Positions 1 to 9,254 of a stretch of 64,000 nucleotides of DNA are shown piece after piece. The notes beneath the pieces are model-generated. The model made no database searches and had not been told where the DNA came from. It saw only the letters and a list, made by a program, of their open reading frames with translations. Position 1 is the stretch's first letter. Each line of letters opens with the position of its first letter. This DNA comes from Gammaproteobacteria bacterium (GTDB lineage: Bacteria > Pseudomonadota > Gammaproteobacteria > Steroidobacterales > JBCCMA01). A program made the position numbers and the translations under genes. Where the stretch lies: assembly GCA_045107005.1 (NCBI GenBank), contig JBGCFP010000040.1, positions 10,470 to 74,469 of the forward strand, in the 5' to 3' direction.

Positions 1-2165
1 TCGTCGCGCTCGTGTTCTACGGTAGCCGGTGACACAGGCACCGTCAGCGGCTCCGGTGGCCGAGCCGTCAGATAGATCACCGAAGACTGTTCGCCATAGG
101 TTGATTTCGATGCCGCGCCGATGAGTTTCGCGTAGAGATGTTTTGCGCCAAATTCAAGCGTAAAAAACAGCTTGCGTTCCAGACCCCGGATGAACTGATC
201 ACCGAAGAAATCCGTCTCACGCCAGATTTTCCCAACCCAGTGGGCAAAATCAAATTCGTACCAGGCTTCCGCAAAAATCAGATCGCTGTACGCGCGATGG
301 GCGCGGGCGATCAGCTCGTCTTCCGGGGTATCTTTACCCGCCGCGACCCAGCGGGTCAGGCGACCCACCGTTGCCTCGTAGGCGCCTTTGAGCAGGAACT
401 CCGCCGTCGTGCTGATTCCAATCACGCGCAGCATCGTGATGTACTCACCGTTGTGCGGGTAACTGTACGACCGGGAAATTTCGCGCACCCGATCATACTG
501 CGTCCAGTATTCGTCAATGCTGGCGAAGAAACCAAACGCGTTCGGATCGTTGCCCGCCTCGAGAAACTGCGCGTACTCCAACGGGTTAAACACCAGATAC
601 CATTCGGGCACCGTCAGATAGCTTTGCTCCTCACCGCGCCAATAGTCGTTGAGCAGGGCCTTGTCAGCTTGGAGTGGCGAGCGATTCGCCGCATTGTGCT
701 GCTGCCAAAGGCTGTTGCGCAGTCGATTTTGCGGATCGACCCGTGCTTTCACTGCAAAGTACTCATCGGCCCGCGGATAGGCACGGTCAAACTGCTGCGC
801 AGTGGCGTGAACCTGATAGGGCAAATAGTAGGTACCACCGACCTCGATCACCGCGTCGATCATCTCCCGACTCCAGGTACCGACGTTGGACTGCGCGTCG
901 CGATCCGTGCGCTGACGGTAGTAGACCACCAGCGCAAACACCTCTTCCGGTGCCCACGACAAAAAGGTGTTTTCATCCGGCAGCGCGTGGCGAATCGACA
1001 CGTTCAGAATATTCGCGTCATGGCGCTGGAAAATCTCGCGCATGGTGGTGACAAACGGCTTAAGATTTCCCACCGGGACAAAATACTCGCGCAACACGTA
1101 AGTGTGTTTCGCACGACTCCTGGGCTCAATTTCCGCTACGTCGTAACTGGCTTCCCAGTTTCGCCATGCGACCAGGTCTTTGCGATAGACCAGAGGGTCG
1201 ATGATGTTCTTGCGCACCGACAATCCCATCGGCCATCCGGCAACAAACGCCGCAGCGCGCGGTTGCCACACGTAGTCGGCGTCCGCCGGTCGCAACCGAT
1301 CCGCTACCGTGACCGCCTTTTGCGTTGCGTACCAACTGACGTCCAGAACCTCGTCGTAGTCGGGTGGATAAAGATCGGCGTTGTGAAAAACGACCTTGTC
1401 GTTATCGCGAACGTTGTCAGCGAAGTGCGCCGGGTAGTCCGAAAAGGGCATGGACGTGGCGACGCGCTCAACGCGCACGTTGTCATCCAGACGCAGCGTT
1501 GCTTCGACGATGACGCCGATCCCACCGTAGCCACCAACCGCCGCGTTGAACAGCTCTTGATTGGTATCAGGTGTCGCGCGCACGCGGCTGCCGTCGGCCA
1601 GCACCAGAACCATCGATTCGAGCGAGCGCACCAGCGGCCCTTCCCCGATGTATCGACCGTGCACGTTGACGCTGATCGACCCACCGACGGTGAAATTCGC
1701 GTAAGTCTGCATGATGCGAATCGACAGGTTCTCCGGATCGATGGCCTCCTGCAGCGCGCGCCACGTGATGCCGGCTTGCACCGTAACGCGCCGATTCTCT
1801 GCATCCAGCGACAGCACGTCAGCCAGCGAACGCATGTCCAGGTGCAGACTGTCCGGGTACGCCGTCTGGCCACCCTGGCTGTACCGGCCGCCGCCGATGG
1901 AAATCGGTCCGCTGCTCGAGCGAATCGCGCGCACAACTTCATCCACCGAACCGGGCCGCACAACGGTGGCCACGTGAATCGGGTTTAACTGGGTAACGTC
2001 ATTGACCAGCGTGTCGGGGCGCGGGTGATGAAACGTCGGGTCGCCGCTGAGCAGCACCACAACCGTCGTCGCGATCGCGAGCGCACCGAAGCCCCACAGC
2101 GACAGCTTGAGGAGGCTAAAAAAACCTCGGCTCAGCATCGACAGCGTGCGCAGGATCATCGCCAT
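1..2165 (-). CDS. FAD-binding (PCMH / FAD-linked oxidase family) oxidoreductase with N-terminal membrane anchor and long C-terminal extension; partial, 3' end runs off the left edge
   Basis: Absent from the ORF track because there is no stop inside the window. My own reverse-strand translation from the ATG at 2163-2165 stays open to position 1 (about 721 codons). It reads MAMILRTLSMLSRGFFSLLKLSLWGFGALAIATTVVVLL (TM helix) ... VRPGSVDEVVRAIRSSSGPISIGGGRYSQGG ... GGYGGIGVIVEATLRL, which are FAD_binding_4-like motifs. The + strand ORF 138..1988 is its antisense shadow. Confidence 0.8.
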   Translation of the reverse strand, partial: MAMILRTLSMLSRGFFSLLKLSLWGFGALAIATTVVVLLSGDPTFHHPRPDTLVNDVTQLNPIHVATVVRPGSVDEVVRAIRSSSGPISIGGGRYSQGGQTAYPDSLHLDMRSLADVLSLDAENRRVTVQAGITWRALQEAIDPENLSIRIMQTYANFTVGGSISVNVHGRYIGEGPLVRSLESMVLVLADGSRVRATPDTNQELFNAAVGGYGGIGVIVEATLRLDDNVRVERVATSMPFSDYPAHFADNVRDNDKVVFHNADLYPPDYDEVLDVSWYATQKAVTVADRLRPADADYVWQPRAAAFVAGWPMGLSVRKNIIDPLVYRKDLVAWRNWEASYDVAEIEPRSRAKHTYVLREYFVPVGNLKPFVTTMREIFQRHDANILNVSIRHALPDENTFLSWAPEEVFALVVYYRQRTDRDAQSNVGTWSREMIDAVIEVGGTYYLPYQVHATAQQFDRAYPRADEYFAVKARVDPQNRLRNSLWQQHNAANRSPLQADKALLNDYWRGEEQSYLTVPEWYLVFNPLEYAQFLEAGNDPNAFGFFASIDEYWTQYDRVREISRSYSYPHNGEYITMLRVIGISTTAEFLLKGAYEATVGRLTRWVAAGKDTPEDELIARAHRAYSDLIFAEAWYEFDFAHWVGKIWRETDFFGDQFIRGLERKLFFTLEFGAKHLYAKLIGAASKSTYGEQSSVIYLTARPPEPLTVPVSPATVEHERD

Positions 2166-2215
2166 GGTCTTGTTCCTGTAGTACATTTTGGCAATTGAAA
2201 GCTTAAAGAATTGCG

Positions 2216-3157
2216 ATGGACTTATCCAGACGACAACTCCTGCGCGGCGCGGCTCTGGCTGGCGCGTTCCTCGGGCTGGCCGGACGTCAGAGTCTGGCCC
2301 AGGCGGATCCGGGCAATTTTCGCTATGTCTACGGCAACGAACCGCTGCGCGCCGAATTTCGCGACTTCCTGGTCAACGTGTTTCATTTGTACCCGGAAGA
2401 CGAACTTCACGCGCTGATTGAAGAGCTCGCCAACGATCACCTGATCGACGAAGATATCTACCGCGCACTGCAGAACAGGATTGGCGCCATTACACCGTTT
2501 TTGAGCGCGCTGACGTATTCGCTGCCCGCACTGCGCCAGCAGAAACGCGAAATGGCCAAGCAAACCGTGAGTCTGCTGGCGGGCGCCGACAAGCTGGACG
2601 GCTATCTTGAAATCGGTTCACACGGGCGCTACGTCGACGCGTTGGAAGAGCGCTTATCGATCCGCGGCGAACGTTTTTTCTGCGGCCCACTGGCACCGAC
2701 GTATTCCTTCACGGACATCGTGGATCGAGGGCAGCTGCCCAAAGCCGGGCCGTTTATTCCGCTGAACGACTATGCGACCGATCTTAACGGCGTGATTCCG
2801 TCCGGCTCGATCGATCTGGTGACGGTGTACATCGGATTTCATCACTGCCCGGTCGATCTGCGCGCGTCGTTCCTTGGTCAAATTCGACAGACCATGAGCG
2901 ACAGAGGCGTTCTCATTGTGCGGGATCACGACGCGCACAACGAAACCATGTGGCGCAAAGTCGCACTGGCGCACGATGTGTTCAACATGGGCACGGCCGA
3001 AACCTGGGAATTCAACGACAACGAGCGACGGTTGTTTTATCCCCTGACAACGCTCCATCAAATGTTGACCGAAGCCGGATTCAAAACCGACGGGCGCCGA
3101 CTTCTGCAGCAGGGCGACCCCACGCTAAACACGTTGATGCTCTATACGAAAGCCTGA
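2216..3157 (+). CDS. Tat-signal protein of unknown function, possibly methyltransferase-fold-like
   Basis: The N-terminus MDLSRRQLLRGAALAGAFLGLAG is a twin-arginine signal. Segments YLEIGSHGRY, IDLVTVYIGFHH and GVLIVRDHD loosely resemble class I methyltransferase strands, but the SAM motif is degenerate. The gene is divergent from the FAD oxidase gene. Confidence 0.6.
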   Translation: MDLSRRQLLRGAALAGAFLGLAGRQSLAQADPGNFRYVYGNEPLRAEFRDFLVNVFHLYPEDELHALIEELANDHLIDEDIYRALQNRIGAITPFLSALTYSLPALRQQKREMAKQTVSLLAGADKLDGYLEIGSHGRYVDALEERLSIRGERFFCGPLAPTYSFTDIVDRGQLPKAGPFIPLNDYATDLNGVIPSGSIDLVTVYIGFHHCPVDLRASFLGQIRQTMSDRGVLIVRDHDAHNETMWRKVALAHDVFNMGTAETWEFNDNERRLFYPLTTLHQMLTEAGFKTDGRRLLQQGDPTLNTLMLYTKA

Positions 3158-3168
3158 CGGCGTTTGCG

Positions 3169-4224
3169 CTAGCGGAAACCACGCAAAATTTTGCGCAAGG
3201 TTTCGCCGCCCGGGTTGAGCTGTTCGTAGTCCATGGTGTTGAGCGGCGTCGAGACGGTGCCGGCCACTTCGTGCATATCGCCCTGATCTTCGTCGATGTG
3301 CAGCAGCCCGGTGACAATCTCACCGCGGCTGACGTGCTCGCGCACGTGCGAGAAAGCACCGGCGCGCGATGTCGGGTCAAACGTCTGATCGATCTTGCGC
3401 AGAACAATTTGGCTACCGTCGTGCAAATCCACCGGCATGGCTTCGCCTTCTTCATAGGCCGCGCGAATCGTCTCACGTGGAGAAATAAAATCGGCGCTGA
3501 CCGCCTGATGATAGAACTCGCGGGTGTAGCTGTAGCTTTTGGTGCTGCCCTCATGATCATTGAACGTCACGCAGGGACTGATCACATCCACCAGCGCAAA
3601 ACCACGGTGGCGGATCGCGCCTTTGAGCAACGGTACGAGTTGTTCTTTATCGCCGCTGAACGCACGAGCGATGTAAGTGGCGCCCATGGCCAGCGCCGCC
3701 AGTACCGGATCGATTGGCGGCTGCTGATTGGCGTCACCTTTCTTGGCGCGACTGCCAACGTCGGCTGACGCGGAGAATTGCCCTTTGGTCAGCCCGTAGA
3801 CACCGTTGTTCTCGATCACGTAACACATGTTCAGATTTCGCCGAATGGCGTGCGCAAACTGCCCCATGCCGATGGACAGCGAATCGCCGTCGCCGGAAAC
3901 ACCCACGTAGGTCAACGTCGGATTGGCCGCGTTGGCGCCGGTGGTGACAGAAGGCATGCGACCGTGCACCGAATTAAAGCCGTGCGACGCGCTGACAAAA
4001 TACGCCGGTGTTTTGGACGAACAACCGATGCCAGACATTTTGGCCAAGCGGTGTGGCTCTATGTCCAGTTCGAACACCGCCTGGATCAGGCTGCGGGTAA
4101 TCGAATCGTGGCCACAACCGGCGCACAGCGTCGACACCGTGCCTTCGTAATCCCGGGTCGACAGTCCAAGGGCGTTGCGCGGCGCTTTCGGATGCGCCAC
4201 TTTGGGCTTGGCGATGTAACTCAT
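3169..4224 (-). CDS. korB: 2-oxoacid:ferredoxin (acceptor) oxidoreductase, beta (TPP-binding) subunit
   Basis: Carries the TPP motif GDGDSLSIGMGQFAHAIRRNLNMCYVIENNGVYGLTKGQ and the CAGCGHDSI motif. An ATGA overlap (4221-4224) joins it to the upstream alpha subunit. Confidence 0.9.
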   Translation of the reverse strand: MSYIAKPKVAHPKAPRNALGLSTRDYEGTVSTLCAGCGHDSITRSLIQAVFELDIEPHRLAKMSGIGCSSKTPAYFVSASHGFNSVHGRMPSVTTGANAANPTLTYVGVSGDGDSLSIGMGQFAHAIRRNLNMCYVIENNGVYGLTKGQFSASADVGSRAKKGDANQQPPIDPVLAALAMGATYIARAFSGDKEQLVPLLKGAIRHRGFALVDVISPCVTFNDHEGSTKSYSYTREFYHQAVSADFISPRETIRAAYEEGEAMPVDLHDGSQIVLRKIDQTFDPTSRAGAFSHVREHVSRGEIVTGLLHIDEDQGDMHEVAGTVSTPLNTMDYEQLNPGGETLRKILRGFR

Positions 4225-6038
4225 GCAGAAGTCCTGACGTCGGCATCCGACGCTTGAAGGTGAGTGCGCACGGCGTCGGTGACGCGGCAGGCATCCAGCG
4301 GCATGCCGTCGTAGAACAGCGTCGCAACGAGTTTTGACTGCGCGATGCCGGCCTCGAGAATGAGCAACGAGCGCAGCTGCGCGTCGCGGTTTTGTTCGAC
4401 GACAAACACGCGCTCGTGACGCGCGATAAACTGGATGACATCGTCACCGAATGGAAAACCGCGCACGCGGCAATAGTTCACCGGCAGACCCTGAGCGGCA
4501 AGTCGCTCAAGCGCTTCGAGGACCGCGCCTTCGCAACCACCTACGGTCAGAATCGCCATGTCGTTCGCATCGCTCTCACGCACGTCCGCCTCTGGCACGA
4601 GCGATCGCGCGGTGTCCCATTTCACCAGCAAGCGATCGATGACGTCCTGATACTCCGCCGAATCTTCGGTGTAACCACCAAATCGATTGTGACCGGAACC
4701 GCGCGTAAAATACGCGCCCTTCGGATGCACACCGGGCAAGGTTCGCGCGGCGATGCCGTCGCCGTCGGTGTCCAGATAGCGGTAAAACGCCTCCATCTTT
4801 TCGAGCTGCTCGGCATCGAGCACTTTGCCTCGATCCGGGACGTAGCTGTCGTCCCATTCGAACTCCGGACACATCCAATCGTTCATGCCGATGTCCAGAT
4901 CCGACAACACCAGCACGGGGGTTTGCAAACGCTCGGCCAGATCGAACGCAATCGGCGCGAAGTAAAAACACTCTTCCGGGTTGGCCGGGAACAACACCAC
5001 GTGTTTGGTATCCCCGTGCGACGCGTAGGCCGCGCTGAGCATGTCGCACTGCTGTGTGCGCGTCGGCATACCGGTGGACGGGCCGGTGCGCTGCACGTCG
5101 AAAATCACGGCGGGAATCTCGGCGTAGTACGCCAACCCAATGAACTCGCCCATCAACGACAAGCCCGGCCCACTGGTCGGCGTGAACGCCCGAGCACCGT
5201 TCCAGTTGGCGCCAAGCACCATGCCAATCGCGGCGAGTTCATCTTCGGCCTGTACGATGCAGAATTTCTTGCGTCCCGTCTCCGGGTCGATGCGAGTTTG
5301 ATTGCAAAATCGCGTAAACGCATCCATCAACGACGTCGACGGTGTGATGGGATACCACGCGCCGACGGTGGCGCCCGCGTAAACACACCCCAGTCCCGCC
5401 GCGGTGTTGCCGTCAATCATGATGTGACCGGCAGTCTTGTTGAGACGCTTCACGCGTTGAGGTAACGGGCATTCAAAGTTTGTTAATGCGTACTGACGCC
5501 CCAGTTCGATGGCCTTAAGGTTCGCGTCAACCAGCTGGGGCTTCTTCGCAAACGTCTCGCGCAACAGCTCTGTCACTACGTCCAGTTCAATATCCAGCAG
5601 CGCAGTGAGCACGCCCACATAGGCGATGTTCTTCATCAGCACGCGAGCCCGTGCGCCGTCGAACGCTTCGTTGCACATGCGTGCCAAGGGCACACCGAAC
5701 ACGTGAATGTCCTCGCGATCGAGCAGCTTGGCGCGCGGCCATGTGGCATCGTAGATCAAATAGCCACCGGACCGAATGTCGACCATGTCGCGCTGATAGG
5801 TCTGCGCGTTCATCGCGACCATGATGTCGACAGCGCTGGCCCGGGCGCGGTGACCGTCACCGGTCACACGAATTTCGTACCACGTGGGCAAGCCCTGAAT
5901 GTTGGACGGAAAGTAATTTTTGCCGACGACCGGTATGCCCATGCGAAAGAACGCCTTGAGCAGTAAGCCATTGGCACTGGCCGAACCAGTGCCGTTGACC
6001 GTCGCAATCTTGACCGTCAGGTCGTTGACACCGCTCAT
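4221..6038 (-). CDS. korA: 2-oxoacid:ferredoxin (acceptor) oxidoreductase, alpha subunit
   Basis: Contains GNTAAGLGCVYAGATVGAWYPITPSTSL and the rest of a PFOR-type alpha-subunit layout. The most plausible start is the ATG at 6038 (MSGVNDLTVKIATVNGTGSASANG), which overlaps the stop of the upstream gene (ATGA). The track ORF begins at an upstream GTG at 6149. Confidence 0.9.
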   Translation of the reverse strand: MSGVNDLTVKIATVNGTGSASANGLLLKAFFRMGIPVVGKNYFPSNIQGLPTWYEIRVTGDGHRARASAVDIMVAMNAQTYQRDMVDIRSGGYLIYDATWPRAKLLDREDIHVFGVPLARMCNEAFDGARARVLMKNIAYVGVLTALLDIELDVVTELLRETFAKKPQLVDANLKAIELGRQYALTNFECPLPQRVKRLNKTAGHIMIDGNTAAGLGCVYAGATVGAWYPITPSTSLMDAFTRFCNQTRIDPETGRKKFCIVQAEDELAAIGMVLGANWNGARAFTPTSGPGLSLMGEFIGLAYYAEIPAVIFDVQRTGPSTGMPTRTQQCDMLSAAYASHGDTKHVVLFPANPEECFYFAPIAFDLAERLQTPVLVLSDLDIGMNDWMCPEFEWDDSYVPDRGKVLDAEQLEKMEAFYRYLDTDGDGIAARTLPGVHPKGAYFTRGSGHNRFGGYTEDSAEYQDVIDRLLVKWDTARSLVPEADVRESDANDMAILTVGGCEGAVLEALERLAAQGLPVNYCRVRGFPFGDDVIQFIARHERVFVVEQNRDAQLRSLLILEAGIAQSKLVATLFYDGMPLDACRVTDAVRTHLQASDADVRTSA

Positions 6039-7846
6039 GGTGTCGACTCGGTACCGTGCGGCTTGATCGTGCGGGCTTCGATCGCCTGTGGCAGCTGTAT
6101 TTTCGACTTCTGCATGTCCCACGCACCGGTCGGGCAGCGCTCTGCACACAGACCGCAGTGAACGCAGAGATCTTCATCCTTGACCATCACGCGCCCGGTT
6201 TGCGGCAGATCGCCCGAGACGTAGAGATCCTGGGTGATGTTTTCGGCGGGGATGCGCAGCTTGGCACGCAGCTCCGGTTCGTCGGCGTTCGCGGTAATGG
6301 TCAGGCAGTCAACCGGACAAATATCGATGCACGCATCGCACTCGATGCACAGTTTGTCGGTGAATACGGTTTGAATATCGCAATTAAGACAACGCTCAAC
6401 TTCGGTGGCCAGTTGCTCGGCAGAGAAGCCCAGCTCCACTTCAACGTCCAGCCGCTTGAAGCGCTCTTTCATGGACACGTGCGGCATCAAACGGCGCTCC
6501 GCCACGTCAAAATCGTTGGAATAGCTCCACTCGTGAATGCCCATTTTTTGCGAGCTCAACGTAACACCGCGTGGTGGTCGTTCGGTGACGTCCAGACCTT
6601 GGCAATAACGATCAATGGAGATCGCGGCGTCGTGCGCGTGCGCGACTGCCCAGATAATATTCTTCGGTCCGAATGCCGCATCGCCGCCAAAAAAGACGCC
6701 GGGCCGCGTGCTCATCAGTGTGGATTCGTCCACGATGGGGCAATCCCAATCGTTGAATTCCAGGCCAATATCGCGTTCGATCCACGGGAACGCGTTGTCT
6801 TGTCCGATCGCCAGAATCACGTCGTCGCACGGGATGACCACTTCTTCCACCGCCGTACCGCGATCGATTCCACCGCGCTCATCAACCTGATACTCCATGA
6901 CGTCGAAACGCATACCGACCAGCACGCCGTCCTCGATAACGAAGGCTTTTGGCGAGTGGTTGACGATGATCTCAACGTTTTCCTCTTCGGCATCCTCCAG
7001 TTCCCACGCGCTGGCCTTGAAAAAACCGCGCGGCTTGCGCGCCATCACCTTCACTTCCTCGGCGCCCAGACGCAGCGACGAGCGACAGCAGTCCATCGCC
7101 GTGTTGCCGACGCCAATGATCAGCACGCGCTTGCCGATTTTCTTGACGTGCTCAAACGCCACCGACTCGAGCCAGTCAATGCCGATGTGGATGCGCTCGG
7201 AATCATAGCGACCCGGAATGTCCAGATTCTTGCCGCGCGGCGCACCCGTGCCGACAAAGATCGCGTCAAAGCCTTCCTCGTCCAGAAGGGTTTTCATACT
7301 GTCGACGCTGTGCCCGGTTTTTAGCGTCACACCCATATCCAGGATGTAGCCAATTTCTTCGTCGAGCACGCGCGGCGGCAGCCGAAACTGGGGAATGTTG
7401 GTGCGCATCAGCCCACCGGTCGTGTTGTGCTTCTCAAAGATCGTGACGTCATAGCCAAGCGGCGCCAAATCGTTCGCCACACCCAACGACGCGCAGCCCG
7501 CGCCGATCAGCGCAACGCGCTTGCCGTTGCCAGTAGCAGGTGCGGTGGGCAAACGTTCCGTGATGTCTTCGCGATGATCGGCCGCCACGCGCTTGAGCCG
7601 ACAGATGGCAACCGGTTTTTCTTCGACGCGTCCACGCCGACAGGCGGGCTCACAGGGCCGATCGCAAACCCGGCCCAGTATTCCGGGGAACACGTTGGAT
7701 TTGCGATTGCTCATGTAGGCGTCGCCGAAACGGCCTTGCGCAATCATGCGTATGTATTCGGGTACGTCGGTGTGAGCCGGGCAGGCCCACTGACAGTCAA
7801 CGACTTTGTGGAAATAGTCGGGATCGGCGGTATCGGTTGGCTTCAT
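6035..7846 (-). CDS. GltD-like NAD(P)H-dependent FAD oxidoreductase fused to a C-terminal 2x[4Fe-4S] ferredoxin domain
   Basis: N-terminal Cys cluster CQWACPAHTDVPEY...CDRPCEPACRR. Dinucleotide folds KRVALIGAGCASLG and KRVLIIGVGNTAMD. C-terminal motifs CLNCDIQTV..CIECDACIDICP and CVHCGLCAERCP. Translationally coupled to korA. Confidence 0.85.
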   Translation of the reverse strand: MKPTDTADPDYFHKVVDCQWACPAHTDVPEYIRMIAQGRFGDAYMSNRKSNVFPGILGRVCDRPCEPACRRGRVEEKPVAICRLKRVAADHREDITERLPTAPATGNGKRVALIGAGCASLGVANDLAPLGYDVTIFEKHNTTGGLMRTNIPQFRLPPRVLDEEIGYILDMGVTLKTGHSVDSMKTLLDEEGFDAIFVGTGAPRGKNLDIPGRYDSERIHIGIDWLESVAFEHVKKIGKRVLIIGVGNTAMDCCRSSLRLGAEEVKVMARKPRGFFKASAWELEDAEEENVEIIVNHSPKAFVIEDGVLVGMRFDVMEYQVDERGGIDRGTAVEEVVIPCDDVILAIGQDNAFPWIERDIGLEFNDWDCPIVDESTLMSTRPGVFFGGDAAFGPKNIIWAVAHAHDAAISIDRYCQGLDVTERPPRGVTLSSQKMGIHEWSYSNDFDVAERRLMPHVSMKERFKRLDVEVELGFSAEQLATEVERCLNCDIQTVFTDKLCIECDACIDICPVDCLTITANADEPELRAKLRIPAENITQDLYVSGDLPQTGRVMVKDEDLCVHCGLCAERCPTGAWDMQKSKIQLPQAIEARTIKPHGTESTP

Positions 7847-8003
7847 GATGCTTCCGTCCAGTTCGCCGACGCAGGCCAGCGCTTTATTCTTACCGTTATC
7901 AGGGCTCCCTGCGGTTACAGTAACCGGTTCGTATCAAATGTAAATGGTTTGGCACCGCGTTCCCCGTTGTGATTGCAGCGCACAAACGCGACAATCCGTG
8001 CCC

Positions 8004-9251
8004 ATGGACGCTTTAACCCCGTATCTTGATCGCTTCACCGAGTGGTCAAACACCGCGCCGCTGCTGGCCAACGCCGTTGGCTTGAGCGGATTATTGCTCT
8101 TTGCCTTCCTCGCCCACTGGTTTACGCGACGCGTACTCATTCGTGCGGTCGGAAAATTTGCCGCCCAAACGGCCAGCACCTGGGACGATGCGCTGGTCGG
8201 TCATCGCCTGTTCCGCCACCTGTCCCAGGTGGTTCCCGCGCTGATTTTGTATTTCGGCATCGGATTGTTCTCGGCGCTGCCCGAAAAGTTTGCTCAAGTT
8301 GGTCAAAACGTCGCTGTTGCCTATGGCGTGTTTTTTGTCGTGCTGGCCGTCGGCTCGCTGCTCAACGCGCTCAACACAATTTACGAACAAATGCCGGTGT
8401 CCCGCGAACGACCCCTCAAGGGCTTCATTCAAGTCGCGAAAATTGTCGTCTATCTGGTCGGCGCAGTCATGGTGCTAGCGGCCATTGTCGACCGCTCCCC
8501 GCTGTTGTTCTTCAGCGGTCTTGGCGCCCTTACCGCCGTACTCATGTTGGTGTTCAAGGACACCATATTGTCGCTGGTGGCGAGCGTTCAAATCGCAACC
8601 AGCCAAATACTGCGGGTCGGCGACTGGGTCGAAATGCCGCAATACGGCGCCGATGGGGACGTGATCGATATCGCTCTGCACACGGTTCGCGTGCAGAACT
8701 GGGACAAAACGGTCACAACAATTCCAACGCATCGATTTATTTCCGATGCGTTCAAGAACTGGCGCTACATGTCGGGCTCCGGCGGGCGCCGCATTAAACG
8801 CGCGCTGAATCTGGACATGACCAGCGTGCGTTTTCTGACCCCGACCGAGGTCGATGGCTTTCGCGACTTCGCACTGCTCACCGACTACGTCGATTCGAAG
8901 CGCGAAACCCTGGCCAAGGCCAATGCGGATCTTGGTGATGACGCCAATGTTAATGCGCGACGACTGACCAATCTCGGCACCTTTCGCGCCTACGTGCTCG
9001 CCTACCTCAAGCACAGCGAAGACATCAATCGGAACATGACGTTGCTCGTGCGTCAGTTAGACCCGGGACCGCAAGGCTTGCCGCTGCAAATTTACGCGTT
9101 CAGTGCCAGTACCGAATGGGTCGAGCACGAGCGCGTAAAATCCGACATTTTCGATCACCTGATCGCCATCGTGCCGAGCTTTGGTCTGCGTGTATTCCAG
9201 GATCCCGCGGGCGCCGATTTTCGCCGGCTTGGCAAAGCCAAAGAGCGGTGA
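8004..9251 (+). CDS. MscS-family mechanosensitive ion channel
   Basis: N-terminal TM helices followed by the MscS beta-domain ILRVGDWVEMPQYGADGDVIDIALHTVRVQNWDKTVTTIPTHRF. I prefer the ATG at 8004 (MDALTPYLDRF) to the track start at 7944. Confidence 0.85.
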   Translation: MDALTPYLDRFTEWSNTAPLLANAVGLSGLLLFAFLAHWFTRRVLIRAVGKFAAQTASTWDDALVGHRLFRHLSQVVPALILYFGIGLFSALPEKFAQVGQNVAVAYGVFFVVLAVGSLLNALNTIYEQMPVSRERPLKGFIQVAKIVVYLVGAVMVLAAIVDRSPLLFFSGLGALTAVLMLVFKDTILSLVASVQIATSQILRVGDWVEMPQYGADGDVIDIALHTVRVQNWDKTVTTIPTHRFISDAFKNWRYMSGSGGRRIKRALNLDMTSVRFLTPTEVDGFRDFALLTDYVDSKRETLAKANADLGDDANVNARRLTNLGTFRAYVLAYLKHSEDINRNMTLLVRQLDPGPQGLPLQIYAFSASTEWVEHERVKSDIFDHLIAIVPSFGLRVFQDPAGADFRRLGKAKER

Positions 9252-9254
9252 ATC

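Noticed and set aside
138-1988. 616-aa + strand ORF, the longest ORF listed near the left edge
   Set aside because: Its composition is Arg/Val/His-rich and motif-free, typical of an antisense reading of high-GC coding DNA. The opposite strand encodes a convincing FAD-linked oxidase across the whole interval.
6056-7324. 422-aa + strand ORF
   Set aside because: It is antisense to the GltD/ferredoxin-like gene and shows the same shadow-ORF signature.
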